Part shown: piece by piece, positions 9,549-17,753 of the stretch
Layout of the letters: each line of letters starts with the position of its first letter
Position numbering within the stretch: the first letter of the stretch is position 1
Assembly (NCBI GenBank): GCA_013003535.1
Contig: JABDIY010000025.1
Span: 33,321 to 97,320 of the forward strand
Reading direction: 5' to 3'
Length of the DNA: 64,000 bases
DNA from: Acidimicrobiales bacterium
GTDB lineage: Bacteria; Actinomycetota; Acidimicrobiia; Acidimicrobiales; SZUA-35
Translations under genes and position numbers: made by a program
Notes under the pieces: generated by a model
Seen by the model: the letters and a program-made list of their open reading frames with translations, nothing else
Databases searched by the model: none
What the model was told of the DNA's origin: nothing

Positions 9549-9990
9549 TGTTTCAGTCTACCCGCCACAACCGACACCGTCAACATGTGTTGACGAATGG
9601 TGTTAGGGAGGGTTCGGGGCCGATAAGTGTTCCCACGTGCACAACTTGGTGAGGTCCGGGCGCTATCAAGATGCGAAGAAGCGCACTGATCTGCGAGACA
9701 CTGAATGAACTACCTGAAACTCACTTGAATGGATGGCTGAACAGGGCCCGCAGGTCCTGAGCATGTTTGATTTGTACGCATCCCGTACAGCAATGATCTC
9801 CCAGAAGAACTGCAGCTTTGGTTCGACCTAGCTGTTCCGAATCGCGTTCGCCCGCCAGCGTCAACGGCGGACCCGTAAAAGCCACACCTTCTTCGACACA
9901 CAAAATCAACAAAATCGCTGACTTCGGTAGCGCATCCCTGGAACTAGTCCCGATGCGGTGGCGAACTTGGAGGTTGTAGAGTTTTCGACG

Positions 9991-10521
9991 ATGAGCACCA
10001 GTTGGCGGTTGATCCTGGTGGTCACGCTGTTCATGGGAGCGTGCACTTCGTCTGGCGGCGGCAGTGATGATGCAAACGACGCGCTTGGGCAGATCCTCAG
10101 CGTCACTCGGGCCCGTTCAGAAGTCGGCGATTCCGATGACTTCGGCGGGCGATCTATGGGGATCGAGCGGGAGTTTCGAGGTGCATCTGCGTGTGTATAC
10201 ATCCATCGAACGACTCCCGGGGGCGACACGTACGCGCTTCGGGTGCTGTTGGCGAACGCACCTGAGGCGGTTGGTGAGGATTGGTTTTCGGTGGATGGGC
10301 TGGTGGTCCGCTCTGGCGATCGGATTAGTGGAGACGCTGAGCTTGGTTCGGCGGAACGACCGCCGGCGGTCGCAGAACTCTACGCCGCTGCGAAGCAGCA
10401 ACTAGCTGAGGCCTGTGAGTCATTCAAGCTTGAAGAAGTGTTTGATGAGGTGTTCGATGAGGTTCCGATCATATTCATCGAAGAAAATCGAACCCAGGCG
10501 GACACCGGCGAGATCGAGTAA
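9991..10521 (+). CDS. Putative lipoprotein (unknown function)
   Basis: From the ATG at 9991, MSTSWRLILVVTLFMGAC has a signal peptide plus lipobox. The flanks have lower GC. Confidence 0.55.
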   Translation: MSTSWRLILVVTLFMGACTSSGGGSDDANDALGQILSVTRARSEVGDSDDFGGRSMGIEREFRGASACVYIHRTTPGGDTYALRVLLANAPEAVGEDWFSVDGLVVRSGDRISGDAELGSAERPPAVAELYAAAKQQLAEACESFKLEEVFDEVFDEVPIIFIEENRTQADTGEIE

Positions 10522-10590
10522 CAGTGGCTATTTAGATGCTATCCCAGAAGGGCAACTCTGGAATCATTCACGCAATAGTCCACAACCGGA

Positions 10591-10886
10591 ACTGTTGATT
10601 TCTGTGTGTAAGTAGGGGTGGCCTTAGCGGGTCGGCCTTGTGGTTCGGCAGAGTGTCAGATTGTCACGTATTGTCAACGGAGCGATAATCCGCAGGTCGA
10701 TGACTCCTCGTGCGCCACTGAACTGGTCAAATGCCTTGGACGAGGTCGCTGTCCCTCACCAGCATCCAACGGTTTTGGCTGGATGAAACGTTGGATTCGA
10801 GCTCCCACGGTCACGCCGGTCGGCGCGTTCCCCTGTTCAGCTTGGTACACCCCCTGAGACTTGAACCCAAAACCTGCGGATTAAGA
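10591..10886. repeat. Direct repeat copy 1 (about 296 bp), containing a 44-nt 3-prime fragment of tRNA-Lys (10843-10886, minus sense)
   Basis: It aligns along its full length with 16441-16726, with several indels and scattered substitutions. Similarity stops exactly inside the tRNA anticodon region (..GGATTAAGA). This is att-like. Confidence 0.8.
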
Positions 10887-10959
10887 CGGCCTTGACAAGG
10901 GTCCCAAAAGTCCGGTGTCGTTCGGTGAACAAGGGATTCGTCCGGCGGGTTGTCCGGAC

Positions 10960-11901
10960 GCTCCAGATGCCGGCGACGGGTCCGACTGGTTCGTTGGCTA
11001 TCGGGTTGGACGCACGGGCGCTCGATACGGGGCACAGATCCTGTGACCTGCAGTGACGCGTTCGCGGCACCCGCAGGGCTCGGGCATCGGCGCGCTGGTC
11101 AGCGCAGCGGAGGGCAGGTTGCGCGGGTAATCTGGGTTGTCCAATCATCGGTGGGGTTGGCTGTAGCACCGGAGCAGACCACCTCCCTGGTGTTGACCTT
11201 GATGAAGAACAGGGCGTTTTTGCGGCGCAAGGGCGGCGGTGTCGACGGTGGATAGTCACATGCGACCGTTGCCAGGGAGCCCAGGAACTCAGTCGGGTTC
11301 ACCTCAGATTGGCTGGGAGACGGGCGGATGTCGGTGTCGGTGAGGATCTGCCAGATAGTGGTTCTGGCTATAGTGTGACCGAGTCTGGACATTTCGCCCT
11401 GGTTTTCGGTATGCCAGGTCAGGTTTCTCTGGCGAGTAGCAGGATGAGTCGCATATCTCAATAGCGGTGGTGTGACCGTGGGTCGAATAGGTGGCTGGGT
11501 CCAGTAGCGGCGATTCATCTGCGGTGCCGTCGCAACAACGTCTCGAGTGTGACGATCCAGCCGTCGCTGAGTCGGCGGGGCAGCGCGGCTGCGGCAGCGC
11601 CGAGTAGGCCTGGGTTCATCGTTGAGCGCAGGTCAGGTAATTCAACGGCGGAGCACCGTGTTTTCGTGGCGGAGCACGATGATCTCGAGATCTTTGGAGC
11701 GCCCAGAACGAACGGCGAGACGCGCCGGAGAGCTGAAGAAGCTGTAGAGGGTACGGAACACGATGACTCGGATGGCTGGCATCGGGCCTCGTCAGCACCC
11801 ACGACCCACTGAAGGGTCACCACAGGGCATAAGACGGAACCGATGGTGCTTGGGGTCGGGAGTCCGTTTTCACGGTCGCGTTTTGCCAGCGTCACAGCCA
11901 C
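10960..11901 (-). pseudogene. Frameshifted DDE (integrase-core) transposase remnant
   Basis: Pieces lie in different frames: DLEIIVLRHENTVLRR, ..TLETLLRRHRR, QGEMSRLGHTIARTTIWQILTD, ALFFIKVNTREVV..ANPTDDWTTQITR. These are typical blocks of an actinobacterial rve-transposase family. There is no intact ORF. Confidence 0.65.
10978..11077. repeat. IS-end-like repeat, copy A (about 100 bp)
   Basis: GGGTCCGACTGGTTCGTTGGCTATCGGGTTGGA.. is shared with 12551-12649 and 15674-15765. It lies at the 3-prime end of the transposase pseudogene. Confidence 0.6.
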
Positions 11902-12006
11902 AACATGGTTGACGATTCAGGTCGTCTTAGGCAATCTTGAATTGACAAGAAATGCGCGTTGCCCAATACGTGCGATGGCTAGCCGAGCGGATGAGCAGGT
12001 GGTGTT

Positions 12007-12492
12007 GTGTCTGACCCCGACCACACTGGTGTGTATGTTGCGACAATCGTGGCCGCGATCATCGGAGCCGTTGGCGTGCTTGGCGCAGCGCTAATTGGGA
12101 ACTGGGACAAGATCACGAGCGAAAGTGACACTCCGGTTGCTGCAACTGAACAGTCCGCTGCTGATCAGGCGACTTCTGGATCAGTTGCTCCTAGCCAGAG
12201 AAGCACAAGTCCTAACGAACCATTAGATCGAACGGCCGAAACGCTAGCGCCTGATACATCCAGCTGCTCAATCGCCGTCGACCACATCGGTGCAGCGATC
12301 CACGCCGAGTCCAGGTTTGATTCTCGCAGAATTGTCTCAGTTCCAGAAGGCGATTACAGCGCCCTCGGTTGGGAGGAATCCGAGTGGGCTGGCACAACAT
12401 CCATTTGGTTCCTCATTAACGTCAACGGACGAGAGGGTTGGATTGCTGACGACGGCATATCGATCGTTGGCAAGACCGCAACCTGTCCGTAG
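12007..12492 (+). CDS. Hypothetical membrane-anchored protein
   Basis: 161 aa with an N-terminal TM segment (VYVATIVAAIIGAVGVLGAALIG), a low-complexity linker and a small C-terminal globular part. Confidence 0.5.
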   Translation: MSDPDHTGVYVATIVAAIIGAVGVLGAALIGNWDKITSESDTPVAATEQSAADQATSGSVAPSQRSTSPNEPLDRTAETLAPDTSSCSIAVDHIGAAIHAESRFDSRRIVSVPEGDYSALGWEESEWAGTTSIWFLINVNGREGWIADDGISIVGKTATCP

Positions 12493-12550
12493 CATACGCC
12501 ACCCTGGGTGGGCGGATGTTAAGAACATCTTCCACCGACAGCAGGCTGCG

Positions 12551-12649
12551 GGGTCCGGATGGTTCGTTGGATTTCGCGTTGGATGTTCTGTGCCGACTCT
12601 CGGTCGCCTATCCGGTGACCTCGAGCGACCGTTCTCGGCTCCTGCAGGG
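12551..12649. repeat. IS-end-like repeat, copy B
   Basis: GGGTCCGGATGGTTCGTTGGATTTCGCGTTGGATGTTC..CCGGTGACCT..GCGACCGTT aligns with copies A and C. No adjacent transposase ORF. Confidence 0.55.
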
Positions 12650-12956
12650 TTCAGTGGTGGGTGATTGGGCCCGTACCTCGGCGCGCATTGTGACACGGCG
12701 AGGTCAGCCGTCTGCGCAGGCTGATTGCAGTGGTTGGTCGCCCGGGATTTGCCCGGCGGCTGCGTCGGCCGGCGAGCCGGGGGAGAGTGCCGCTCCGGAG
12801 CCGCTTGTCGCCGCTCCGATATCGATCGCAAGGTGATTCGAGGTCGAGGCTGGCTCGCATCAAGATGCTCGTTCCTCCGACCCGATCTCATGGGCTTGTG
12901 TAGGGTCCTAAGAGTGTGGGTCATTGCACCCGTAGGAGTCGAGGGAGGACAACCGC

Positions 12957-14372
12957 ATGTCAACGATGCTCGTGAAGGACGCCGAAGTGTTGGTGACGAT
13001 GGACGACGAGCGCCGGGAGATCGCAGGTGGGGGGTTGTTTGTTCGAGACGGCTTTATCGAGCAAGTGGGCTTGACCGATGAATTGCCCGCAGCGGCCGAC
13101 AGGGTTCTCGATATGTCCGGCCAGGTGGTGCTTCCCGGATTCGTGAACACGCACCACCATCTTGGCCAAACGCTGACGAGAGCACTGCCCGCCGCGCAAG
13201 ATCTGAACCTGTTCCCGTGGTTGCAGGCCCATTATCGAGTGTGGGCAAAGATCACACCGGAGGCGACACGGACGAGCACAATTGTCGGGCTGGCCGAGTC
13301 GGCGCTCTCCGGTTGCACGACGATGTTCGACCACTCCCACATTTGGAAAAGCGGGTCCAAGGTCGATCACCAAATCGCTGCTGCCGAGGAGATAGGGGTC
13401 CGTTTTCACGCGTCGAGAGGCAGCTTGTCGCTGGGCGAGTCCGACGGAGGTCTCCCCCCAGATGATGTGACGGAGGACGAAGACTTTATTCTGGCGGATT
13501 GTCAAAGAGTCGTGGAGGAATACCACGACGCAGGGAAGGGCTCCATGGTGCGGATCGTCCTCTCACCGTGCTCGCCGTTCTCGGTTACCGCCGACCTTCT
13601 CAAGAACACCGCGGAGCTTGCCCGCCAGTACGACTCAGTTGGACTCCACACTCACCTGGCCGAGACCCTCGATGAGGAGCAGTACACACTCGAGCGGTAC
13701 GGGCTGCGCCCTGTCCAATGGATGGAAAACGTCAATTGGCTGGGCAACGATGTTTGGTTCGCGCACGCAGTGCATGTGAATGACGACGAGATTGGCCAGT
13801 TCGCGGCAACGGGGACGGGGGTGGCACATTGCCCCAATTCGAACATGCGGTTGGCGTCGGGTATCGCGCCGGTCAAGGCCTATTGCGATGCCGGGGTGAA
13901 CGTTGGAATCGGGGTCGACGGATCTGCGAGCAGCGATGCCTCCCACCTTCTTCTCGAAGTCCGTCAGGCGATGTACTTGGCACGGCTCAAGATGGCGCTG
14001 CGGCCCCCGGAAGGACCGATGACAGTACTGTCCACGTCCCATCCGCTGCGGCGTGACGAATGGGTCACGGCTCGGGACGCAATCGAGATCGGGACCCGCG
14101 GAGGTGCTGCGGTGCTAGGCCGCGACGACATCGGTCACCTGGTCCCCGGGATGTGCGCCGACTTCTTCTCCATCGATCTCAACACGATCGACCTCGCCGG
14201 CGGAATGGCCGATCCCGTGGCGGCTCTTATCTTCTGTGCCCCGCAGAAGGCCAAGTACACCGTTGTCAACGGAGAAATCATCGTGGAAGATGGCCAGATT
14301 GCTACCGTGGAAATGAGCTCCCTCCTCGAAGAACACCAGCGTCACGCCCAAGAGCTGCTGACAGGCGAGTGA
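12957..14372 (+). CDS. Metal-dependent amidohydrolase (guanine/8-oxoguanine/chlorohydrolase-like deaminase family)
   Basis: 471 aa. The PGFVNTHHHL metal-binding HxH is present, with later HTHLAE, HAVH and GVDGSAS motifs typical of the amidohydrolase superfamily. A strong GAGGGAGG Shine-Dalgarno precedes the start. Confidence 0.85.
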   Translation: MSTMLVKDAEVLVTMDDERREIAGGGLFVRDGFIEQVGLTDELPAAADRVLDMSGQVVLPGFVNTHHHLGQTLTRALPAAQDLNLFPWLQAHYRVWAKITPEATRTSTIVGLAESALSGCTTMFDHSHIWKSGSKVDHQIAAAEEIGVRFHASRGSLSLGESDGGLPPDDVTEDEDFILADCQRVVEEYHDAGKGSMVRIVLSPCSPFSVTADLLKNTAELARQYDSVGLHTHLAETLDEEQYTLERYGLRPVQWMENVNWLGNDVWFAHAVHVNDDEIGQFAATGTGVAHCPNSNMRLASGIAPVKAYCDAGVNVGIGVDGSASSDASHLLLEVRQAMYLARLKMALRPPEGPMTVLSTSHPLRRDEWVTARDAIEIGTRGGAAVLGRDDIGHLVPGMCADFFSIDLNTIDLAGGMADPVAALIFCAPQKAKYTVVNGEIIVEDGQIATVEMSSLLEEHQRHAQELLTGE

Positions 14373-14651
14373 AGCGTCAGCCGCATTCGGTGCGTTTGTT
14401 CGAGGCCGGGGTCGTTCGCCGTGATATGAAATCGCTTCATGTGATGATGCCCTGGGGGCCTGCTTAAGAGTTGGGGGGCGTTGCGGTGTTGATTACACGA
14501 CATGAAGATGAAGACCCTGTTCTCGCCGGATGGTTTCGATCTATCGCTCGAGGAAAGCGTCGCTCATTGTGAGGGGATCGAGCCCTGAGCAAGGCTTAGT
14601 GCTCGGGTCCGTTTTGGACCGCCGCCAGGAGTGCTAGATGCCGCTGGTTTT

Positions 14652-15053
14652 TTAGCCGAACTCGGCGAGGTAGCGGTCACGGGGGGACAGGCCGTTGGCG
14701 TGGGGACTGCTACCGCCGTGGTAGCCCCATTTGTTCTCGCCGTATTGGCCGTGCCAGACGGTGAGGTACAGGTGGAACAGTTGGCCTACCAGTGGTATCA
14801 CGGTGAGGATGAGCAGGAAGCCGCTGTGGCCGAGGTCGTGACAGCGTCGAACGCTGGCGGTGAGTACAGCGAGGACGCCGGTTGCCACTGCTACGACGAC
14901 GATGATCTGGGGTACGGGAGCGGTGATCGGCTCGCTGAAAGGAGTACCGCTAACCAGCATCGCGAACACGTATCCGAACAGTATGATCACCGCTGCTACG
15001 AGTCGGTGCGCGATGTATTCGAGTCGCCCGATTCGGCCCTTGATTGAGAACAT
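14652..15053 (-). CDS. DUF805-family inner-membrane protein
   Basis: 133 aa. GRIGRLEY.. at the N-terminus and RRCHDLGHSGF match the DUF805 (YhaH/YhaI-like) signature. Several TM helices are present. Confidence 0.75.
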   Translation of the reverse strand: MFSIKGRIGRLEYIAHRLVAAVIILFGYVFAMLVSGTPFSEPITAPVPQIIVVVAVATGVLAVLTASVRRCHDLGHSGFLLILTVIPLVGQLFHLYLTVWHGQYGENKWGYHGGSSPHANGLSPRDRYLAEFG

Positions 15054-15116
15054 GGCACAACGAGTACCGTGGATTAGAGCGCACGGGGAGAGGGATACTG
15101 CCTACCCGACGGCTAG

Positions 15117-15609
15117 TCATTCGGCGACCTGGGAGCCAGTTGGTCCGTGAAAGTCAAGTCGCCGCTCTCCCGGGGTTGCCAGCTTGTGTGGCACTGTTCG
15201 AACCGTGAGCAACTGCAGATGGAAGCGGATGTCACCGTCGGGAACCGCTGACGGTCGTGTCCTACTCTCGGTATGCCCAGCAGGGATGGCTCGGTGGTAC
15301 CAGAACGAATGGGACCGCAGTTCATGCGTCAGAACTGGTAGTCCGGGTGAGCCATCTCCGCCTCCTCTGCTGCGATTCGTTTCAGCTCCGAGGACAGTGA
15401 GTAGATCCCGGCGTCGTTTGTTCGAGTAGTGGTCCACCCAGATGGGTGCGAACATCCTGCATCCACGAATCAAGGACTTGATCATCAAATGCATAGTCGA
15501 AGATGCCGCCCAGCATCATGTGGTGAGCTGAGAGTGCGGCAAATCTCGGCGCTGTTTCACCGCAACTGAACCAACGGGTGGCCATCTCAACGTGGTGTGA
15601 GCCGGCCAT
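15117..15609 (-). pseudogene. Possible frameshifted gene remnant (unknown family)
   Basis: Protein-like stretches are split between frames (MAGSHHVEMATRWF..GGIFDYAFDDQVLDSWMQDVRTHL, then WVDHYSNKRRRDLLTVLGAE.. or ..SELKRIAAEEAEMAHPDYQF). No single frame is convincing. Confidence 0.25.
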
Positions 15610-15673
15610 TGGCCGACCGTTCGACGAGAAACGTTCGAGTTGTCGATTTAGTCGTCGCAGAATCGCCGCTGGC

Positions 15674-15765
15674 GGGAGTCAATTCGTTCGTTGGATTTCG
15701 TGTTGGATGTTCGGCACCGACACCCGGGCGCCGGTCCCGGTGACCTTCCTGCGACGCGTTTCCGG
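15674..15765. repeat. IS-end-like repeat, copy C
   Basis: ..TTCGTTCGTTGGATTTCGTGTTGGATGTTCGGCACCGAC..CCGGTGACCTTCCTGCGACGCGTT aligns with copies A and B. Confidence 0.55.
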
Positions 15766-15807
15766 CCAGCTCAGCTCAGAGCCGGAGTCCGCCAGGGCGA
15801 GGCTCAG

Positions 15808-16116
15808 TCAGCAGCCGAGCGCGTAGGCCACTGCAGCGCACACTCGGTTCAAGGTGCCTTCGTCCACCAAACCGACTTGGTTTGTGAGGGTCGACTGGGC
15901 GATTGTGTGCAGTCCATCGCAATTGATGACGGACTCTCGGTCGAGTCCGACGTTGTCGTAGTCGACGCCCACCTCCGCGGCGAGACCGCGTGCGGTTGTC
16001 GAGATTTCGGCAACGGTGACGAGGGCGCGGACGTCGAGCACTTCGCTTCGGGTCAGAACCAGCACTGGACGTCGCTTGCGACCGACCTCGGCCAGCCACA
16101 CCTCGCCGCGATTCAT
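15808..16116 (-). CDS. mazF: MazF/PemK-family endoribonuclease toxin
   Basis: From the ATG at 16116: MNRGEVWLAEVGRKRRPVLVLTRSEVL..ISTTARGLAAEV. There is an ATGA overlap with the upstream antitoxin gene. Confidence 0.8.
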   Translation of the reverse strand: MNRGEVWLAEVGRKRRPVLVLTRSEVLDVRALVTVAEISTTARGLAAEVGVDYDNVGLDRESVINCDGLHTIAQSTLTNQVGLVDEGTLNRVCAAVAYALGC

Positions 16117-16319
16117 TCGTCGCCCCACATTTCGGCGTCGCCCCATGAGTCGTCCACCTTCTCGGGACGCTGTTGATAGGCAGTTCGGTCGGCCTGGGCC
16201 AACGCAGCGCGGACCGCTGCGGCGACGCCTTCGCGAGCTGCAGCGGAGATGTTCACACCCAGACCGCGCGCCTGTTCCGCCAACGCGTCATCAAGCGTGA
16301 ATGTGGTCCGAGTTGTCAT
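16113..16319 (-). CDS. Ribbon-helix-helix antitoxin (MazE/VapB-like)
   Basis: From the ATG at 16319: MTTRTTFTLDDALAEQARGLGVNISAAAREGV, an RHH-type N-terminus with an acidic C-terminal tail. Confidence 0.65.
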   Translation of the reverse strand: MTTRTTFTLDDALAEQARGLGVNISAAAREGVAAAVRAALAQADRTAYQQRPEKVDDSWGDAEMWGDE

Positions 16320-16347
16320 ATCAGCTGATGATAGCACCAGATGCTAT
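16320..16347. promoter_or_regulatory. Two palindromes directly upstream of the antitoxin start (ATCAGCTGAT; ATAGCA-N5-TGCTAT), candidate operator
   Basis: A perfect 10-bp palindrome lies at 16320-16329, and 6-bp inverted arms lie at 16331-16336 and 16342-16347. Confidence 0.35.
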
Positions 16348-16440
16348 GCAACGATGCCATACACGTTGACGAGTTGTTCGTGTCGGGGCCGAATATGAAG
16401 GGCCGTTTTCAGATCGATCAAATACCCGTCCACATTGAGG

Positions 16441-16726
16441 ACTGACGATTTCTGTGTGTGTAAGTATGGGTGGCCCTTAGCGGTTCGGCAGAGTGTCGGA
16501 TTGTCCGTAGTGACAACGGAGCCATTATCCGCAGGTCGATGACTGCTAGCGAGCCGGTGAACAGGTTAAACGCCTTGGACGGGGTCGCTGTGCCTCACGA
16601 GCATCCAACGGTTTTGGTTGGACAAAGCGTTGGATTCGAGCTCCCACGGTCACCCCGGTCGATGTGTTTGCCCTGGTCGGCTTGGTACACCCCCTGGGAC
16701 TTGAACCCAGAACCTGCGGATTAAGA
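16441..16726. repeat. Direct repeat copy 2 (about 286 bp), covering the 3-prime 44 nt of the intact tRNA-Lys plus about 240 bp downstream of it
   Basis: It aligns with 10591-10886 (see copy 1). Confidence 0.8.
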
Positions 16727-16758
16727 GTCCGTTGCTCTGCCAATTGAGCTAGAGGTGC
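16683..16758 (-). tRNA. tRNA-Lys (anticodon CUU), CCA encoded
   Basis: Hand-folded cloverleaf: acceptor GCACCTC/GGGGTGT (2 G-U pairs), D arm GCTC..GAGC, anticodon arm ACGGA-CTCTTAA-TCCGC, T arm CTGGG-TTCAAGT-CCCAG, terminal ACCA. Confidence 0.9.
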
Positions 16759-16796
16759 TTGTAGTTGACGTCTCAGCGTAGCGGAGAAATCTTGAG

Positions 16797-16871
16797 GGTG
16801 ACCGAGGGGATTCGAACCCCCGACATCCAGGATCACAACCTGGCGCTCTAACCAACTGAGCTACGGCCACC
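16797..16871 (-). tRNA. tRNA-His (anticodon GUG) with encoded G-1; CCA not encoded
   Basis: G-GTGGCCG TA GCTC AGTTGGTTA GAGC G CCAGG-TTGTGAT-CCTGG ATGTC GGGGG-TTCGAAT-CCCCT CGGTCAC C. The extra 5-prime G opposite discriminator C is the His identity feature. Confidence 0.9.
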
Positions 16872-17030
16872 AAGGCGAACACGAAGCATAGCGCATGGAG
16901 GAATCCGAGCGACTGGGATTCTCGACCCAGTCAAGAATCGCTTGTGAAACGCTTCACAAAGTGCTCTACTGGATCATGGGAAGGCACAAGAGCCTGGAAT
17001 CCGGGCTTCAAACAGCAAAGGTGAACGACA

Positions 17031-17753
17031 ATGGTGTCGTGTTCCATCCATCTGACCGACAATGGCCTCAAGGGTTTCCTACGACCGAGCATCCCCGCCT
17101 CAGCGGCGACACCAGGGCTGCTCAGTAGCCAGCGCCTGATCGCGGCGGCATTCAGCGGCCGAGCGCGGCCGGGAACCCCTCAACTCAGCCGCAACGGTTT
17201 CATCGCATTCTGGGAAGACGACAACTCCATCTCGTCGTTTCTCGAGGGCGGAGAAACTTACGCCGAAGATTCGTGGCATGTTCGAACCAGCGTGACTCGG
17301 GCGATTGGTCGATGGCCGGGGCTGCCTACCAACATCGACCGGTCCGTTCACACGGATTCGACCGGGCCAGTGATCGGTATTTCGCTCGGTCCGCTCCGGA
17401 TCTCGAAGGGCTTTCGCTTCAATCAGCTCAACACCCGAGTGGAAGAGCAACTTCTCGAAGCAGATGGTGTCATCTGGAAATCGGCCTTCTTCGCGCCACC
17501 AAAGATTCTTTGCACCGTGTCGTTCTGGGAGTCGGCCCGCCACCTTCACAGCTTCGCCCGCAGCGGTGCTCACCTCGAGGCGATGAAGGCATCGCTCGAC
17601 AAGGAATACGACCCCGCACTGCCGAACGGTACGAACTTCTTTGCTCCGGACTCGGTGTTCATGAGTCTCAAGCCGTATCAGACCGAGGGATCGCTGCAAG
17701 GAAAGAACCCACTGCCCGAGGCAGTGTTTGGTCAACTCCATGCAAGCCTCTAG
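17031..17753 (+). CDS. Conserved hypothetical protein (two ferredoxin-like/ABM-type halves; spheroidene-monooxygenase-like, weak)
   Basis: The 240-aa ORF has motifs FIAFWEDDNSISSF and TVSFWESARHLHSFARSGAHLEAMK, which resemble Dabb/ABM-fold proteins. The start is uncertain. Confidence 0.5.
   Translation: MVSCSIHLTDNGLKGFLRPSIPASAATPGLLSSQRLIAAAFSGRARPGTPQLSRNGFIAFWEDDNSISSFLEGGETYAEDSWHVRTSVTRAIGRWPGLPTNIDRSVHTDSTGPVIGISLGPLRISKGFRFNQLNTRVEEQLLEADGVIWKSAFFAPPKILCTVSFWESARHLHSFARSGAHLEAMKASLDKEYDPALPNGTNFFAPDSVFMSLKPYQTEGSLQGKNPLPEAVFGQLHASL

Noticed and set aside
9721-9912. Protein-like 63-aa ORF (..GVAFTGPPLTLAGERD..LLGDHCCTGC..) in the low-GC gap, possibly a metallo-beta-lactamase-fold fragment.
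   Set aside because: It is too short, has no start context, and the resemblance to the FTGD..GR motif is weak. It may be a gene fragment, but I cannot support it.
10432-10460. Short in-frame tandem repeat encoding EVFDEVFDEV at the C-terminus of the lipoprotein.
   Set aside because: It is a two-unit coding microduplication of no evident functional significance.
10700-10720. GCCACTG (B12-box-like) string in repeat copy 1, considered as a cobalamin riboswitch.
   Set aside because: It is present in one copy only, no other cobalamin-riboswitch conserved blocks surround it, and there is no downstream gene in the correct orientation.
10618-10857. Track ORFs 10618..10857 and 16470..16724 inside the two repeat copies, considered as possible small proteins.
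   Set aside because: The two copies differ by indels that are not multiples of three, so the predicted peptides are unrelated after the first few residues. The conservation is at nucleotide or RNA level, not protein level.
15117-15609. Possible programmed frameshift in the split ORFs between the DUF805 gene and mazF.
   Set aside because: No slippery heptamer or stimulatory structure is evident, and no family is recognised. In an IS-ridden island a decayed pseudogene is the simpler reading, so it is reported only as a low-confidence pseudogene.
16905-16960. Two small hairpins or palindromes upstream of tRNA-His (GACTGGG-N8-CCCAGTC; TTGTGAA-ACGC-TTCACAA).
   Set aside because: They could be a terminator or a regulator site for the 17031 gene, but there is no supporting context. 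The stems are short, and such structures are expected by chance in a 64-kb window.
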